This document shows positions 23,822 through 38,300 of a DNA stretch of 64,000 nt, in pieces. The notes under the pieces were generated by a model. That model was not told where the DNA came from, did no database searches, and worked only from the letters and a program-made list of their open reading frames with translations. Position 1 is the stretch's first letter. Each line of letters begins with the position of its first letter. Source of the DNA: Thalia democratica. Taxonomy: Eukaryota. Location: positions 41,726,001-41,790,000 of the forward strand of contig OZ241826.1 in NCBI GenBank assembly GCA_965202585.1, read 5' to 3'. The translations under genes and the position numbers were made by a program.

Positions 23822-25255
23822 AGCAAATCAGACGTGCATTTCTTTGTCTTATATTAAAAGTTATTTTGACAAGTTTAAGCAGTTTTCGAGGCTGCTCGGT
23901 TAAGTTAACTTACTAAAAAAGGCTGCAATGTAACTTCAAGTGGCTTGCTTATTTTCTTATTCTATAGTTAAAGTAATTAGTAGCAGTTTATAATACAATT
24001 TAAAGCATTTTTTCAAGATTGCATTCCCGTATAGTTAAGCTAAGTTTTTATGAGATTAAGCATTGTAATTAAAGTATTACACTTTAAAAAGCTAATGAGT
24101 ACAAAGCAGTTTTACAGTTTTGAAATTATAATTTTCGCAACAACCAGGTAAATATTTTCATCTCAAATCTTTGACAAAAATCAAAACGTGTTTCATCAGT
24201 TTAATTTTTTCCCGTTTTTTTATATCTTACTGTTATGCTATTTAGCATGGAAGCTAAGTAAGTTTGTTTAAAGATTCTTTAAAATGTTACCAAAACATAA
24301 GTTTGTTACATACAATTACATCTACCATGTTATATAATTGTTTGAAACACTTTATACGACTTTTCTACGTAAATATAAACATGAGTTGTATCTATAAAAC
24401 TAAAGTTTTGTAAATAACTAAAGTTTTTACGCATTACCTTAAAAGTATTTCGAACGAAACTTTTAATAAAACTACTAACAAACTCAATAAACTGACTTAA
24501 TTAATTTTGAGCAATAAAAGTTGAAACTTCATAATAACAAATAAATTTCGTTTTAACTTGTACCCTTATTAGTATGAATATTTTAACTTTTAAGTCTCAA
24601 CACTTAACAAAATAACTCAAAGTAAAACGTTTATATAATTTAAATTCAACAAAAATACTTATTTCTGTTTTTTTTTTTGTATTTCTTATGTTGAACCTAA
24701 GTCTTTATGATACCAAAAAAACGCCAAATTTAAAAAACATTTAAAAATTGCATATATGGTTGCAAAACTCGAGCTAAATGCATGTGTTAAAATATAAAAT
24801 TTTTAAAAATAGAACAATAATATATGGCGTTAGCAGTATCCACAGCACTTAGTAACTTGTTGGTATTTTGCCTGAGTTTTATACTTTTAATCTCTTTGAA
24901 ACTTACAAAACAACTTGCTACTTGCAAGCTCTTTACCATTGAGAGTTTATAAAAACATTAAGTTTGTACCTTAAATGATAAGTATAAAATTAAAAACACA
25001 AACTTGCATACAAGGCTACTCAGACTGATTTAAGTATTCTGCAAAAAAAATTGCTAGTAGATTTTAGATTTTTATTTCATGGTAAGTAATATTTAATACA
25101 AAAATTTTTTTGTCTATCAAAGTCCAAATACTAGTTTAAAGTAACTGTAAAACTAATTGTTATCGCTTTGTTGCTTTATTTTAAAATACGTGGAATTTAG
25201 AATAACTAAAATTTAATACCGTTTGTATTCATTCGATTTACAGCAATAATTAGAT

Positions 25256-28200
25256 CAGGGGTCGGCAGGCAGTTGGTGGTCGCGGGCCAAATTTCAAGTT
25301 TTCAAAATCTTCGCGGGCCACAGTTTTAGTTTTAGTGATATTTGAATAATCTTTTGGCTTAGTCTTGGTCACACCAGAGATAGTTTTTACTTTTATTCAC
25401 TTTATTACTTTAAATGACTTTCAACTACACATAAAATGCTTATTTCATATATAAATATCTATTGGAATAGAATTTACATTGTTTAATATACTTAAGTCTT
25501 AATAAAATATGTACTTTCTTAAACACTTGATGAGTTAAGCTTAATAAGTTATTTTTAAGATGTAACGTTAAAAGGCGTTAAATCCTGGAGATCCTGATAA
25601 GCTAAGCTTATCGGAATATATACCACAGATGTTCTTGTGTTAAAACTTTATTTCAACTAACGGCGTTTCACTGCTCTCAAATAAATTTAAGAACAGTTCT
25701 TAAATTTATTTGAGAGCAGTGAAACGCCGTTAGTTGAAATAAAGTTTTAACACAAGAACATCTGTGGTAAGTTATTTTTATTATTTTACTTACAACCTGA
25801 ATATTTATTAACACCTAGCTTGAAAGACATTTATCGGTTACTTAATACATTTTTAATATTATGAACCACCTTTTCATACTTTAAAAAATTTTAACTTTTG
25901 AAAATGGCTTTTGCGTCTTAAATAGTTTGCACTCTTTTGAAAACTCAGTAAATAGTTAATTAGATAAAATTAATACCTATCTATACTGTAGATAAGCTAA
26001 ATCAATTTTTTTAAATATAATTAATGCTCGAATACTTAAATAAAACACTTTATTAGTAATTAATTAGTCTTTTACACGGTTGCCACTTTAAAAGCAAAAA
26101 TGTCTGAATTATATTAGATGTTTATTAAAAAATAAAATAGCTAAAAACTTTCTGTTGATCAAGTTTAAATACATAGCTAAAACATCATTATTATAAAAAA
26201 GCACAATATGTAAATAGACAAAAAAATTACGATTAGTAAACTACACTACAGTCATAAAAACTATCCTGAGAATTTGAAGATTTATTCAAAGTGTTCGAAA
26301 TAAAAGTTTCAGATACTCCTGAGTTTTATAAAAAATTCATAAACAGCTTTAACCTAGCCTGAGTTTTTTTAAATTTTTAAACTAGCCTGTTTATTTGTCA
26401 ACCCTGTTTAAAATAAAGTTCAAAAAAATAAAAAAATATCGAGGTTAACAGTGAATTAATTATATTAAAAAAAAATGTTATGATTCAGCTTGAATGGACA
26501 ATTAAGTTTTTAACCATTTTAACAAATGTATAAAAATTTATTAAGCTATTAATGAATTGCAAAAACCTATTTTTTGTTGAGCATTATAGCAATTCTTTAT
26601 TTGCAATAAAAATGTAGCATTTAAAAAGAGCAAGTGTGAATTATAAGACGAGCTATAAGAACTATAGTACATTAGTTTGGAGTAGTTGCGAGAACCGAAA
26701 AAAAAAGACAAATCGTTTAAGTCAGTTTCAAGAACGCACATGATTATTTTCATTAACTACAGACTGATCAGAAAAACTATAAAGGCAAGTTATAAAGTAG
26801 CAAAAGTAATTACCCTTTAGAGATGAAGACTTATTAAAATAATTTGTGTTGGTTTTAGTAAAATATTTTTGTTTATTTCTTTAATATCAACAAGAAGTCG
26901 TTTTAGAAAATGTCTGAATATTATTAAGCCGCATAAACCAAATTAGGACTTAAATATATCTGTTAAAATGAGAGAACTGATATAACATATATTGCTTATT
27001 TTAGGATTTCGTTACAATTGGTGTTACTAATTTTGACAATTAAGATGAATTTCTAGGTTTAGTTCCAATACAAAGCACAACAGTAGGTAAACACATTTTA
27101 AAAGCAAAGGTGCAATGCATCAATATAAACTTTTTAAAAGTAAAACTTTTTGCTTCTTATTTTAGTATAGTAGTAAGTTAAAGGTAAAAAAAAACTGTCT
27201 TAAATAATATATAAAAATTTAAAAGATACTGTTAAGCTACTTAAAATGTGTTTTTGAATAAAAAATGTTTATATGGTAGATTTTTGGTGTCAAATCAAAA
27301 TTTCATACTTTACATGTAAAAGTTGTTTGAAATTATAGGTTTTTTCGATAATTCTGAAATTAAGAATTTTTCAGATTTTTAAGTATAAATTGTCAAATTC
27401 CAAGCTTTTTCGGGATTTTTGGCATCACTAATTGTTCACACTTGTATGTAAACATTTAATACAAATAATAATTTAAATTATATCTGCTGCAAGACTTAAA
27501 ATTCAAAATATATTTAATTCAAATCAACACTGTACATTGAACAAAACATACATCATAAATTTAGTTTACCACTCTTTAAAGCAAAAAACTCAGTCCGAGT
27601 GACCAAAACTAGCATGATGTTTTACCATACAAAAAGCAATTCAAGCAAAAAACTGAAAAATTACTAAATTTGCCTGAGATTTGAAGTCTTAAAATAGTCG
27701 TAGTCTGAGGGTGTGGCAATTTTTATTTGTTTATTTGTTTGATTTTGAACTATTATGATTAAAAATGTACAAACTTAATAAATAAACATTTTCAATCTAG
27801 TTTGTATTAAACAGGTAGTTCCAAAAAACATTTTTTGAAAAATCAAAAAGTAAACCTATCAATAAATAGTTTATTTTATGTCATATATTTTGTTTTTAAT
27901 GTGTCTGTAAAAATTAGATATTACAGGTAGAAACAATAGTGTTATAAAATTATGCATAAACTAAACTTTATCTTGTTTAGTAAAATAAAAAGTGGTTTAA
28001 AATATGAGCATCTTTGTTCATTGGTGTGCATAGAAACTAAACTAAAAATCAAAGGTGCAAAATCAAAATAAAATTAACTTTATTATTTATTGTTATGTTG
28101 TTTTAAGTGTTTTTGTGCACACTAAAATATAACATTTAGTAATAAAACATCTATGATAGAAACTTAGGTATAGAAAACGTGCAAAAAAAAAAAAACTGAA

Positions 28201-28666
28201 CTGTAAAGAAATGAGTTTTAAGTTAATTACTGTGCATTACTTTTGTGCAAAACGAAAAAAAATTGCATTTGATTTATTTACTAAATAAGTGTTATATAAC
28301 TATTTTTTTAATTCTAAGCAATTTTTAAATTATTTTTCAAGAATAATTTGCTGTTGTACAAAAAAAATTTTTATGAAAATGAGATAAAACCTAGTGGAAT
28401 GCTAACTTGTCTTTTTCACATTTTGAAGCTAAATCAGTAAAGTGTTTTAATTGTTTTAAAATGTTATACCGGGACTTAAAACTAAATTAATCAAACAAAA
28501 TTAACTTAAAAATTATTTTTGCTCAGCGGGCCATATATACATGCTCGCGGGCCGCAATTTTTTTTTTGCGGGCCGCATTCCATTTAAAAAATAACGTGCT
28601 CGCGGGCCGCAGATCTACCCTTTGAGGCCCGCATTTGGCCCGCGGACCGCAGTTTGCCGACCCCTG
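25256..28666. mobile_element. Non-autonomous hAT (Charlie-like) element, 3.4 kb
   Basis: TIRs caggggtcggca... and ...tgccgacccctg with subterminal gcgggcc repeats. 8-bp TSD aattagat / aattaaat (7 of 8 match). No transposase ORF recognised. Confidence 0.85.
25621..25769. repeat. Perfect palindrome, 74-bp arms with a 1-nt spacer
   Basis: 25621-25694 is the exact reverse complement of 25696-25769; centre A at 25695. Confidence 0.97.
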
Positions 28667-29820
28667 AATTAAATTCAACAATAAACATCATTTTTATAAA
28701 CCTTGATATTGAAATTTTTATAATTAAAAAAAAGAGTTAAATTGTTAAAAACTTACAAGGTTTAAAAAGTAAAAGCATTTGTAAATCCTTATGTTTTAGA
28801 GATTGTCTCAAAAATGTAGAATAATATATTTAACTTCAAAAATTCCAAAAATAGTAGCTAAAGGTAAGAAAAAACAAAAAAATTAGTTGCTTAATGAAAT
28901 AAACAAAATAAAAACAAATTTTGTTTTATTTTAAAAGATATAAAATATAAAACTTAACTCAAACAACCTTTTAACTACAAAAAATCACTTTAATATGTTC
29001 TTCGAACTAATTTTAGTGATGAATCATTTCAAACTTACGTGTTAAAGCAAAATTAAACGTTTTTTCTACATACTAATTTGACTTGTGAATTTTGTTTTTC
29101 TCTTGAAACACTCATTAGTGACAGTGTGCATATTAGATTGACGTTTATTAAGTGAAGTTGTTACGAAATGTTTTTATTAATCAATTTGGACATCTAGCGA
29201 AAAAGTTTAAGCCAAATAGTGTTTAAGCCAAATAGAACATATGTATTTATTTCATTGTTACAATTTAAAACTAACTTAAAAATGTTTTAGTTTAAAATAG
29301 TTTATGCTATTTTGTTGTTTGATATTGACTATTTTTAATACTTTTGTCTTGCCTGAAGATGCATGATATTAGAATTTCTATTAGGTTCAGTAAGTATATA
29401 ACTGTATTAACAAAGTTTAATAAGTTAGACAATTTTATGTAAAAAATTACAAAATTACCAAAAAAATTATCAATGAACCTTTTAAACCAAATAAAACGTG
29501 TTTGGAGCTCATTAAAAACATTTTTTGATAATGAATTTCAAAAAATTAACAACTTAATACTTAAAAAATAATTAAGTTTTACTTGAAAGTTACAATAATT
29601 TCATTAAGTGAAGTAAAGTTAGAAAAACTTGCTATGTATTTTACAAATCATAAAAATGTTGATACTTTACGTTTAAAACATATACAAAATATTATAACAA
29701 AACATTTTTTTTTTGAATTATTTGTTAAAACACAAATGTTTAGCAATTTTAAACTCTGTTAAAGCTTTTGATGCATTAGAAGTTTAGTTTAGCTTTAATT
29801 AACAGTCTGCCTGATAAAAA

Positions 29821-30440
29821 TTTTGTTTAGTCTATTTGTGTGCTAAAGCCTGTATATATTATCTTATGTTAAAGTTGGGTAAAAAAATTTTTTGACATTA
29901 GACCAAATCCAGACAGTAACTGATAAAATATTGATAAGTTAGAATTAAAGCCGCTAACTATGTAGAAAATTTCCGTCAAAAATATGACTTTTCAGACGTA
30001 AAGCATTTTATTTTGTTTAGATTAACCCTGTCTGAATAAATTGATTATTTTTCTCCACAAAGAGTAGATTGATTGTTTAAAATAGTATGTATTTTTTTTG
30101 TGTTTAATGAGAGTAAGTTTTAAATTAGCTATTTTGTTTAGTACATTTGTGTGCTAAACCCTGTATATATTATCATATGTTAAAGTTAGGTATAATAAGT
30201 TTTTTGATATCAGACCAAATCCAGACAGTAAGTGATAAAATATTGATAAGTAAGAGTTAAAGCCGCTAACTATGCAGAAAATTTCCGTCAAAAATATGAC
30301 TTTTCAGACGTAAAGCATTTTATTTTGTTTAGATTAACCCTGTCTGAATAAACTTCTTATTTTTCTTTAAAAAGGATTAAGTAGATTGATTGTTTAAAAG
30401 AAACAATTTTTTTGCTGTGTTTGAAAAATATCAGTTTTGA
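29821..30440. repeat. Tandem duplication of about 311 bp
   Basis: ttttgtttagt..tttgtgtgctaaa at 29821 and 30132, with a long shared block including gaaaatttccgtcaaaaatatgacttttcagacg. One inverted copy at about 56330-56480. Confidence 0.9.
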
Positions 30441-30885
30441 CTTTGAAAATTTTTTAGCTTAAAAAGTTTGATTTTAAAACAAAATTAAAGTACTCTAGTG
30501 AATTGTTTGTTAGTTATATGCTTAAACCGTTAAAATATACGTCAACATTATAAATTAAATTGTTTTTAGAACTGGAAGTAAAACCCTAGCATTTAAATAG
30601 AAAAACATTTAAAAGTGAGGTTTAAAAAGTTTATAGCTTGTTTATTTATACAGTCAATAACATTATAAATAAAGTTTTCAAATAAGTTATTATGATTTTA
30701 TAAAATATTATTTTAATATAACTAAAAGCTTAAACTACTTAAAACTAAAAATATTAAAAAAAACTTACATTCAAAGTTCAACCTGAACTAAAAAATAGCA
30801 GCTAGAAAGCATTTTTGCATGCAAGTTTATCATTGAGAAAATGTATTCAGAAGGGGAAATGAGTCAAGTTGGCTGCAAAATTTTC

Positions 30886-30992
30886 AGCTGATTTATCACC
30901 TAGCAACGACTTAAAAGCTTTGTTGACGTCTAATTAAAGCGGTAATTACTCGCTAAAATCGCTTGTTGATAGAACATTAGCTCTAACTCGAC
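30886..30992. promoter_or_regulatory. Conserved non-coding element CNE1 (putative enhancer of the NCS gene)
   Basis: 107 bp identical to the reverse complement of 55865-55971 while flanks have diverged. Contains an RFX-like atcacctagcaac, tgacgt and taatta motifs. Confidence 0.6.
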
Positions 30993-33900
30993 TTGAATCA
31001 GTGTGAAAGTGTTTTGTTTCTTCAAATACATAATTCTTGCACTGTGTATAGAAAGTTGATTATCCTTCTAACGCTATCTACCTTTTTTCTTCTTTTTGTT
31101 GAGCGTCACCTGCGTTTATTTTTTTTGCGTTGCTCTTGTTTTAAAAGCGACAGTTGCTTTCTAATGAGACGCATACAAGGTAAGCGGAGGCTACAGAAGA
31201 TAACAGAAAGCTTTTAAATTGTCAAAAAAAAAAGAAACATCTAATCTAAAACAGAAAAAATATTTGTTACTACATTAGAGACGAAACTTAAGTTTTGTCA
31301 TACAACCTAAAGTTTTTTCTTCGTTAATTCGTTTTTTAGCGTTTTTTTTAAATAAAATAATATTTTATAAAAAAAAATTTCAGATGAAAGAAAAAAGGTG
31401 TGTTAATTTAAAAATACTATAGAGTGGAAAAAAATAGACTAAAAGTGCTAACTTTGTTTAAATGTAAAGATTCAGTATGAAAACTTAAAGTAAAGATGTA
31501 GTAAAGTAACAACAGTTGTTTATTAGTTTAAGTTTGTTGTATCCGTTATGATAAGTATTTAAACACTAATACAAGACTTGTGTATTAAAAAGTAAATTTT
31601 AAAAGACTTGAATGTTTATAACTATTAAAAAATAGAGCAAACAAGTTTATTAAAAGTCTCAAAAAAAAATTAACAAAGAAACTAAGAGTTATATAAAACT
31701 TAAAATAATTGATTTCTTTTAACAGTTTAAGTTTGCCAATTATTTATTCAACAGCTGTTGAGTTTTATCGCTTCTAACGTCTGGGGCTCGATTAAAAAAA
31801 CCAATAAAAATCAGTTTGAAAAAAAAGACTTAACGTTTCGAAAAAATAAGCAAAAAACAAAAGTTTTTTTTTATAATTTGAAATTGATTTAAAAGCAGCG
31901 AACTTTATCAACAGCTTAACTTTGAAATAGTTTTGAATATTTAGTTTTGAAGGGAATACTAATTACTAACATAAAGTTCAACTTTATTACTATCACGGTT
32001 TTGAAAATAAAGAAACATAAAAACTTTGTGAAGTATGTTTTAAAATAAAAAATATAACATGCTTCTTAAAGCAGTATAAACAATCTTATTTTAGTGATTT
32101 TGAATGTATTATAATTTCCAGAGTTTGAAATAAACAATACCAATTTTACATTAGTTGCTATTAACTCTTTGTAATAAATTTACTGATACTATTAATCAAT
32201 TGTTTTAAAAAGTAGTTGTATAAAAAAACCTTAATAAACATTAATACCTGAAATTTTCAAATTTTTTCAATAAAAGTCAAAATTGGTGTATGTCGATTAA
32301 AAAAAAGTTTTTCTTTTTTTATATTTAATAAGATACATTTTTTGTATGTCTTTTTTGCTTGCCTAGTTATGTTGAGTGAAACAAAATGTTATTTTATTTA
32401 TTTTTTTTGTTTTAGTTGTTGCTTAGGAGTTTGCATTTACAGTGAAAAAAATGTTTGAATAAATTAAATATAAAGTATATAACACAACTGAGTCTATGTT
32501 AAACAGTATTGTGAGGCTTATAGTTCATGTTTTGGTTAAGCTTTTTATGAATTAAATTCATATTTTTGATGAACTTTGTAAACTTCTCAATATAAGCTTA
32601 CAAAAAAAAACATCACGCTTTTGATTAAGATATCATACAGTAATTTTTATTGGCTTATTTTAAATCATAGAAACAAGTTTTAGTCATGCACTCGACCTTT
32701 TGTACAGTTTTAAGTTTTTATAAAAAACAAAAACATTGAGAGGAATGAGTATAAATCAAAACAAAATTCAAATTTGATTGGATTTTCCCAAATACATCAA
32801 AGAAAAGAATAGTTGTAAATTATACTAAACTGCAGACATTGTTTTATTTACAAACTCTGTGTGTTCTGTTCATTTGTGTACATAAATAAATATTAAAAGA
32901 AAAACTCTTTTGTTGTAGTGTATTTTTGACGTAAAATAATTTTACTTTTTAGTTGGTTGTAAATTAACGTTCTGAATTAAAGGCGAATTTTTTTTAGTAG
33001 ACGTTAATATTTGATAAAATATATTTATTGTTATACAGAAAAAAAAAAGTTTAGAAGATTAAAATTTTTGAATTGTTTTAATATATTACGTTTAGTTGTT
33101 AAATTGTTTTAACGGTTAGTATGTAATATTTAAAAAAAAAAAGAATATTAAAAATCACTTAAATTTTTTTTTTTAATTTTGAACAATAACTTCGAAAAAC
33201 ATTTAAAAGCAAATACTCTATATTTGGAAAAGTATAAGTTTTTGTATTTTGAAAAAAACAATTGAAAACCTAATATGACGTCACAATAGATTTTTGTGGT
33301 TGTAAAATATTACCTTTGTAAAGTCAATAAAACTTTGGTGACTTCTTGTAAGTTTGATTATAAGTTTTATACGTAACTGAAACTTGTGTGAATTGTTTAA
33401 ATAATATAAAATTTAAATAGTCGTTTTTTGAAACAGAAAGTTATATATTTGAGCTGTTAGTTATTTAAGAAATTTTGTTGAGCTTATATGCTTAGACAGT
33501 AAGATATTTTCATAAAGGTATAAAATAGTAATAAACCAATTTGGCCATGTATTTGATATTTATAAATTTGATTGAAAATTTTCGTTTTGATTCAGTTTCA
33601 AAACCCTTCACTATGTTTATTTACTCTAAGAATGCAATATATACTTTGTCTAGACTCTAGACCGAATAATGGAAAAATAAACAGCTTAGAGTCAAAATAA
33701 TTTAAATCAAAAAAGATCTGAAGTTTAAAGTGCTTCTATCATAAACTATTCATAACAACCACAGTAAGTATGTATTCTTTTTTACACGTATTCTAGACTA
33801 TAACTTTACATCTTTCAGAAGCAATAAATCGGTTCTATGTTTTATTTTTGTTGCAATAGTTGACTAATTACTTTACAAAAATTACTAATGTTTTTACTAG

Positions 33901-34359
33901 TATGAGATAATAATGTCGATGTTCTTATAACACATAAAACAAAAAAAATTCGGAATTCTGGTATACACAAAAATAATAAAATTTTTAGGCTACTTTAGGC
34001 TTGTAAAATTTGTAAACCTAGTGTTTTGACTTCAAAAGATTTGAATTAACCCTGTAAGAAACATATCAACAAACTTTACAATATATAGTTGTTTTTAATT
34101 ACAGTGTCATACATGTACATAAACAAAAATTGAATAAGATTTTTGTTAAAATAGAATAAATTAAAAGTGCATTATAGAAAAATTTAAAGTAAAATTCAAA
34201 AACAAAGGTGTTGAATAATTTATGCTAGTATTTAAAAGTGTGTAATTTAGCTCTGTTTGCATGAAGTAAGTACTTTTTATAAACTATTTTTATTATTAAA
34301 TAAATAAATAAAAAGGAATAAAAATATAAAGATACCAATGCAATATTTTTGTAAATTTC

Positions 34360-34560
34360 ACAGTGAATAATCATGCTGCTTGTCTTTTTTGTAGTAAACA
34401 AATCGATTCATGTCATCTGATTACACGGTTTTATTATGACGTCACTGTATATGTGAACTTGTTTACTGTGCTTTATCGTGTTTTTGTGCCGAATCTCAAT
34501 TTGTATTTGCGGTTTTTCCTTTGTGATAAACAATCTCACCTTTAAAACATTTTACGATTG
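34360..34560 (+). promoter_or_regulatory. Conserved non-coding element CNE2 (putative promoter or first non-coding exon region of the NCS gene)
   Basis: About 800 bp upstream of the ATG; full CRE palindrome TGACGTCA. Inverted copies at about 53080-53280 and 61920-62125. Confidence 0.5.
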
Positions 34561-35354
34561 GTTGTGTATTAATGCTGTTGATTTTATCAAAAAAAATTTT
34601 TTTATGGTTATTAAGTGTTCATTTAGTTTTCAATGTTCAATAGAATATTATAAACAAGTTGTGTTTTGGTATAATCAGATGTTAAGTTAACTTCAAAAAA
34701 AGGTTCGTTTGTTTGTGTAAAACTTATTTAGTATATTAAAAATTAATTTAAGAAAAAAAATCATAAGGGCATATATGGTAAGAAAAAACTGAAAACAGTT
34801 AGTAAACACTTTTAATTAAAATTTTTAGATGCTAAACTTTGTTAATTTAAAAAAAAGTAAATACTGTTTATGATAACCAAGATATTTGAAAGTAAGTTAG
34901 ATGTTCTTATTTTTGTTTTTTGATAAAAACGTTGTTAAGCTCTTATAATCTATTGGACATTCACAAACTGTTAACTATGACAAAATTGAATTAAAATTCT
35001 TTAGTCTTCTAACTTTTTGCAGACAATGAAGTAAAAAATAACTTTATGCTTTTATTATAGTAAACTATTGAATAAGAATTAGTTTCAAGAAAAGTCTATT
35101 TTATTTACTAAAAAAGAATGTAAAAAGTAATTCGAATGTAAACTAAATAACTACCTTTTTTTAATATAATAATAAACAGTATGATTTGAAAAATTAGATT
35201 AGTTATCAAATAAGTATTAATAAAAAATGGGAATTTACAGAAAAAAACAATTACAATAGCAGAATAAACTAAACACAAAAAAAATGTTGATTTTTTTTTG
35301 GTACAGATATAATAGTAAAACATCTTACAGTAAAAAATAAAAACAACAATTAGT

Positions 35355-38300
35355 ATGGGTAAGGGAAGTTCGAAATTATCTCCGTCAGACCTTCATGAGC
35401 TTCAGAGCACCACAGAGTTCACAGATGTTGAAATCAGGGAATGGTACAAAAGTTTCAGAAAAGACTGTCCGAGTGGAATCCTGACGTTAAAGGAGTTCGA
35501 GAAATTGTACAAGGACATATTTCCGCAGGGAGACGCAAGCGCATTCGCTAAACATGCTTTCAGGTCAGGGGAATTTGTTTGTTGTACCTACAAATAAGTT
35601 ACAAGAAGTTTAGAAAAATTAAAAGACAAATTTAGACCTATTAATTGCTGCTTAACACGTTTCTAAACTATGGTTATATAAAGTTGTATAACTAAACTTA
35701 CTAAAACTTATAATTTTATGAATCAACAAAATAAAAATGATGAAATTTGAAACAAAGAAACAGCTTTAAATCAGTTTAAGAAACTACTAAAATATGCATT
35801 TTTTTTGATAATTTTACTTAAAGAACTACATTATTGCCTTCATCGTATGTGTATCTAATTTTTTACACTGTTGAGTTATTGTTTTATTTGAATCTGCTGT
35901 CCAGTGTTAAAAAAGAGTTAACATCAACAACAATGATAAAAAATAAATATAACTAGTTTTTACGCAGTAACTTAAATTAAATTTTCGTTTGTTTAAGTAG
36001 TTGAGTTTTCTTTTAGGGTAAGATTTAGATTTAATTTAGATTTTGAAGGTAAGTTCAAGCCCTAAATATCATTTTCTTGGTTAGTGTTTCCGTAGTCACA
36101 TTTAACAATTAGTAATAAAGCTTTTGCAATCTTGCGCATTTTTTATTAAAGATATTTAACAGGTTTGTGCAAAATAACGGAATATTAAAACAGCAATATT
36201 TACTAAGTAATTTGTTAATAAATTTCCTTTTACTTCTTTGTTAACCTTTTTTTTATTGAAATAGTAAGACTAAATTTAACCACAACTAAATAAAACATTC
36301 ATGTTACAAGTTTAATAATAGTCCATAAAAGCAGAAAATTAAACTGTTATTGAATAACTAAGCTCAACTGTTTTTTTATTCAAAGCAATAGATAATAAAA
36401 GGACATTTTTTATTGATACTTACAACTTTATGCCGTGTTTCTAAAAAGTTTTTTCATTGTTTTTACTATTTATTTTTGTCTTATATGCTTATCCGAAGTT
36501 GCAACTAATCATTTCAAATAACTATTTATTTACTAAAATAGTTATGTTAACTATAACATGACATTTTGTTCTCGAATGATTTCAACAAACAAAAATGATT
36601 TGATTGTAAAGTTCAAATTAGTTAACTTGTAAGTACCTTACTAACATTTTAACTAAAAATATTTTATTTCAAACTTTTTAAGATAAAAAATTAACTCTTG
36701 ATAAGCAAAAATAAACTTTTACTTACTTTTGCAAAATACACATAAAAATTGATTTCAGCCCATATTACTTACAAGGATTGTAATTTTTTATATAAAAAAT
36801 CATTAAAAATAATTGAAGTCTACAATTTTTAACAAAGTATATGGTTTTTAAATTGTTACTCAATGTTTTGGTTTTAATATTTTATATTCAAGTAACAGTT
36901 TTTTTGTCTCAATGATTATAGTTTAAGAGAATATTCAGATTTAATAACACATTGTTTAATTTTTTTTAAATCTACAAAAGCATAAAAAACAAAGATATGT
37001 GTACAAAAAGTGTTTATATATATATATATATTTATTTATTTACAGTTTTTTTAAAAGCTCTGGTCAATAGCGTTCGTCAAGTTGAACTGGAGCTAAAAAT
37101 TTATTTAATTACATGTTAAACAACATCTTTTCACAGCTGTTTCGTATACGAGAAATTTCTATACCATATATTCCTCAGTAAAGCTAAAAAGTTATTAAAC
37201 ATGTTTTACAGAAATAAAAAAATTAAAGTTTTTATAACTATTATGATTTTAACCACAAATTTTAATTTTTATTTTAACAACAAATACTTTAGTTTAAATG
37301 GAAAGTACTGAACAGGACGAGATCAAAATTAAATTCTAAATTCGGCTGTGGACTTTAAAACTTAGAAAAAATCGAAGTTAAAAATTTGCACAAAACCATA
37401 ACACTAAACAAGAAAAGCGAAAGATAAAACTAGGCGTTCAATTACCAAAAATACTTTTTAGCAAAATCAAACTTAATTAAATATCAAATTAAAGTAAACT
37501 AAGCCGCGCAGTTTAAAATATTTTTCTAATGCAATCGTTCCTTTACATACTTTACAATATATTTAACAGCATTTACTTAAACTTATTCTAAATTATTGAA
37601 CCAGTAAAAATCTAAAAACAGTGTATTTTTTAAACTTAGCTTACTGCACAAAAATAGTGATTCATAATACTTATAAAATTTTCAAATTCTAAATTTCTGT
37701 AAGACATGTTTAATAAACTTTAGCTTTACTGAGGAATATATGAAATAAAAATTTCTTGTATACGAAACAGCTGTATAAAAAATTTGCTTATTATATAATT
37801 AAATAAATAAATAAATATTATTATAAACTGGAAATTTCAACAGTAACGGGGAAATTTTAGCAAAAAATAAAATAATTTCAATTTAAAACATAGCTGCACT
37901 GTCTGCAATATGGAAAAACACGAGACCTCAAAATTAAACTTAAATATAGCTTTAGACAATCAAAATAAACTTTTAGTAAATTTTCAAGCTTTTATTTTTA
38001 GTAGTTTTGAACGCTTACGCAAACTAAGTGTGTATTATATTTTTCAATGATTTATATAGTGACAAAACAGTCCTTAAAGTTTTTTGCTTAAATTTCATGT
38101 ACATTTTGATTTACGTTTTAAGATAATGTTTTAATATACTATCTGGGGAGCTGTTCTTTCAATTAGAACAGTGAAAAAGTTGTATTACTAAAACGTATTG
38201 CTGTATTAATATATACATCTATATATGCATATTGATATACTGATTAACTTAAAAAATTAAACTATTCAACACGGAGCCCACCTTAAGGGCTTTGATAATC

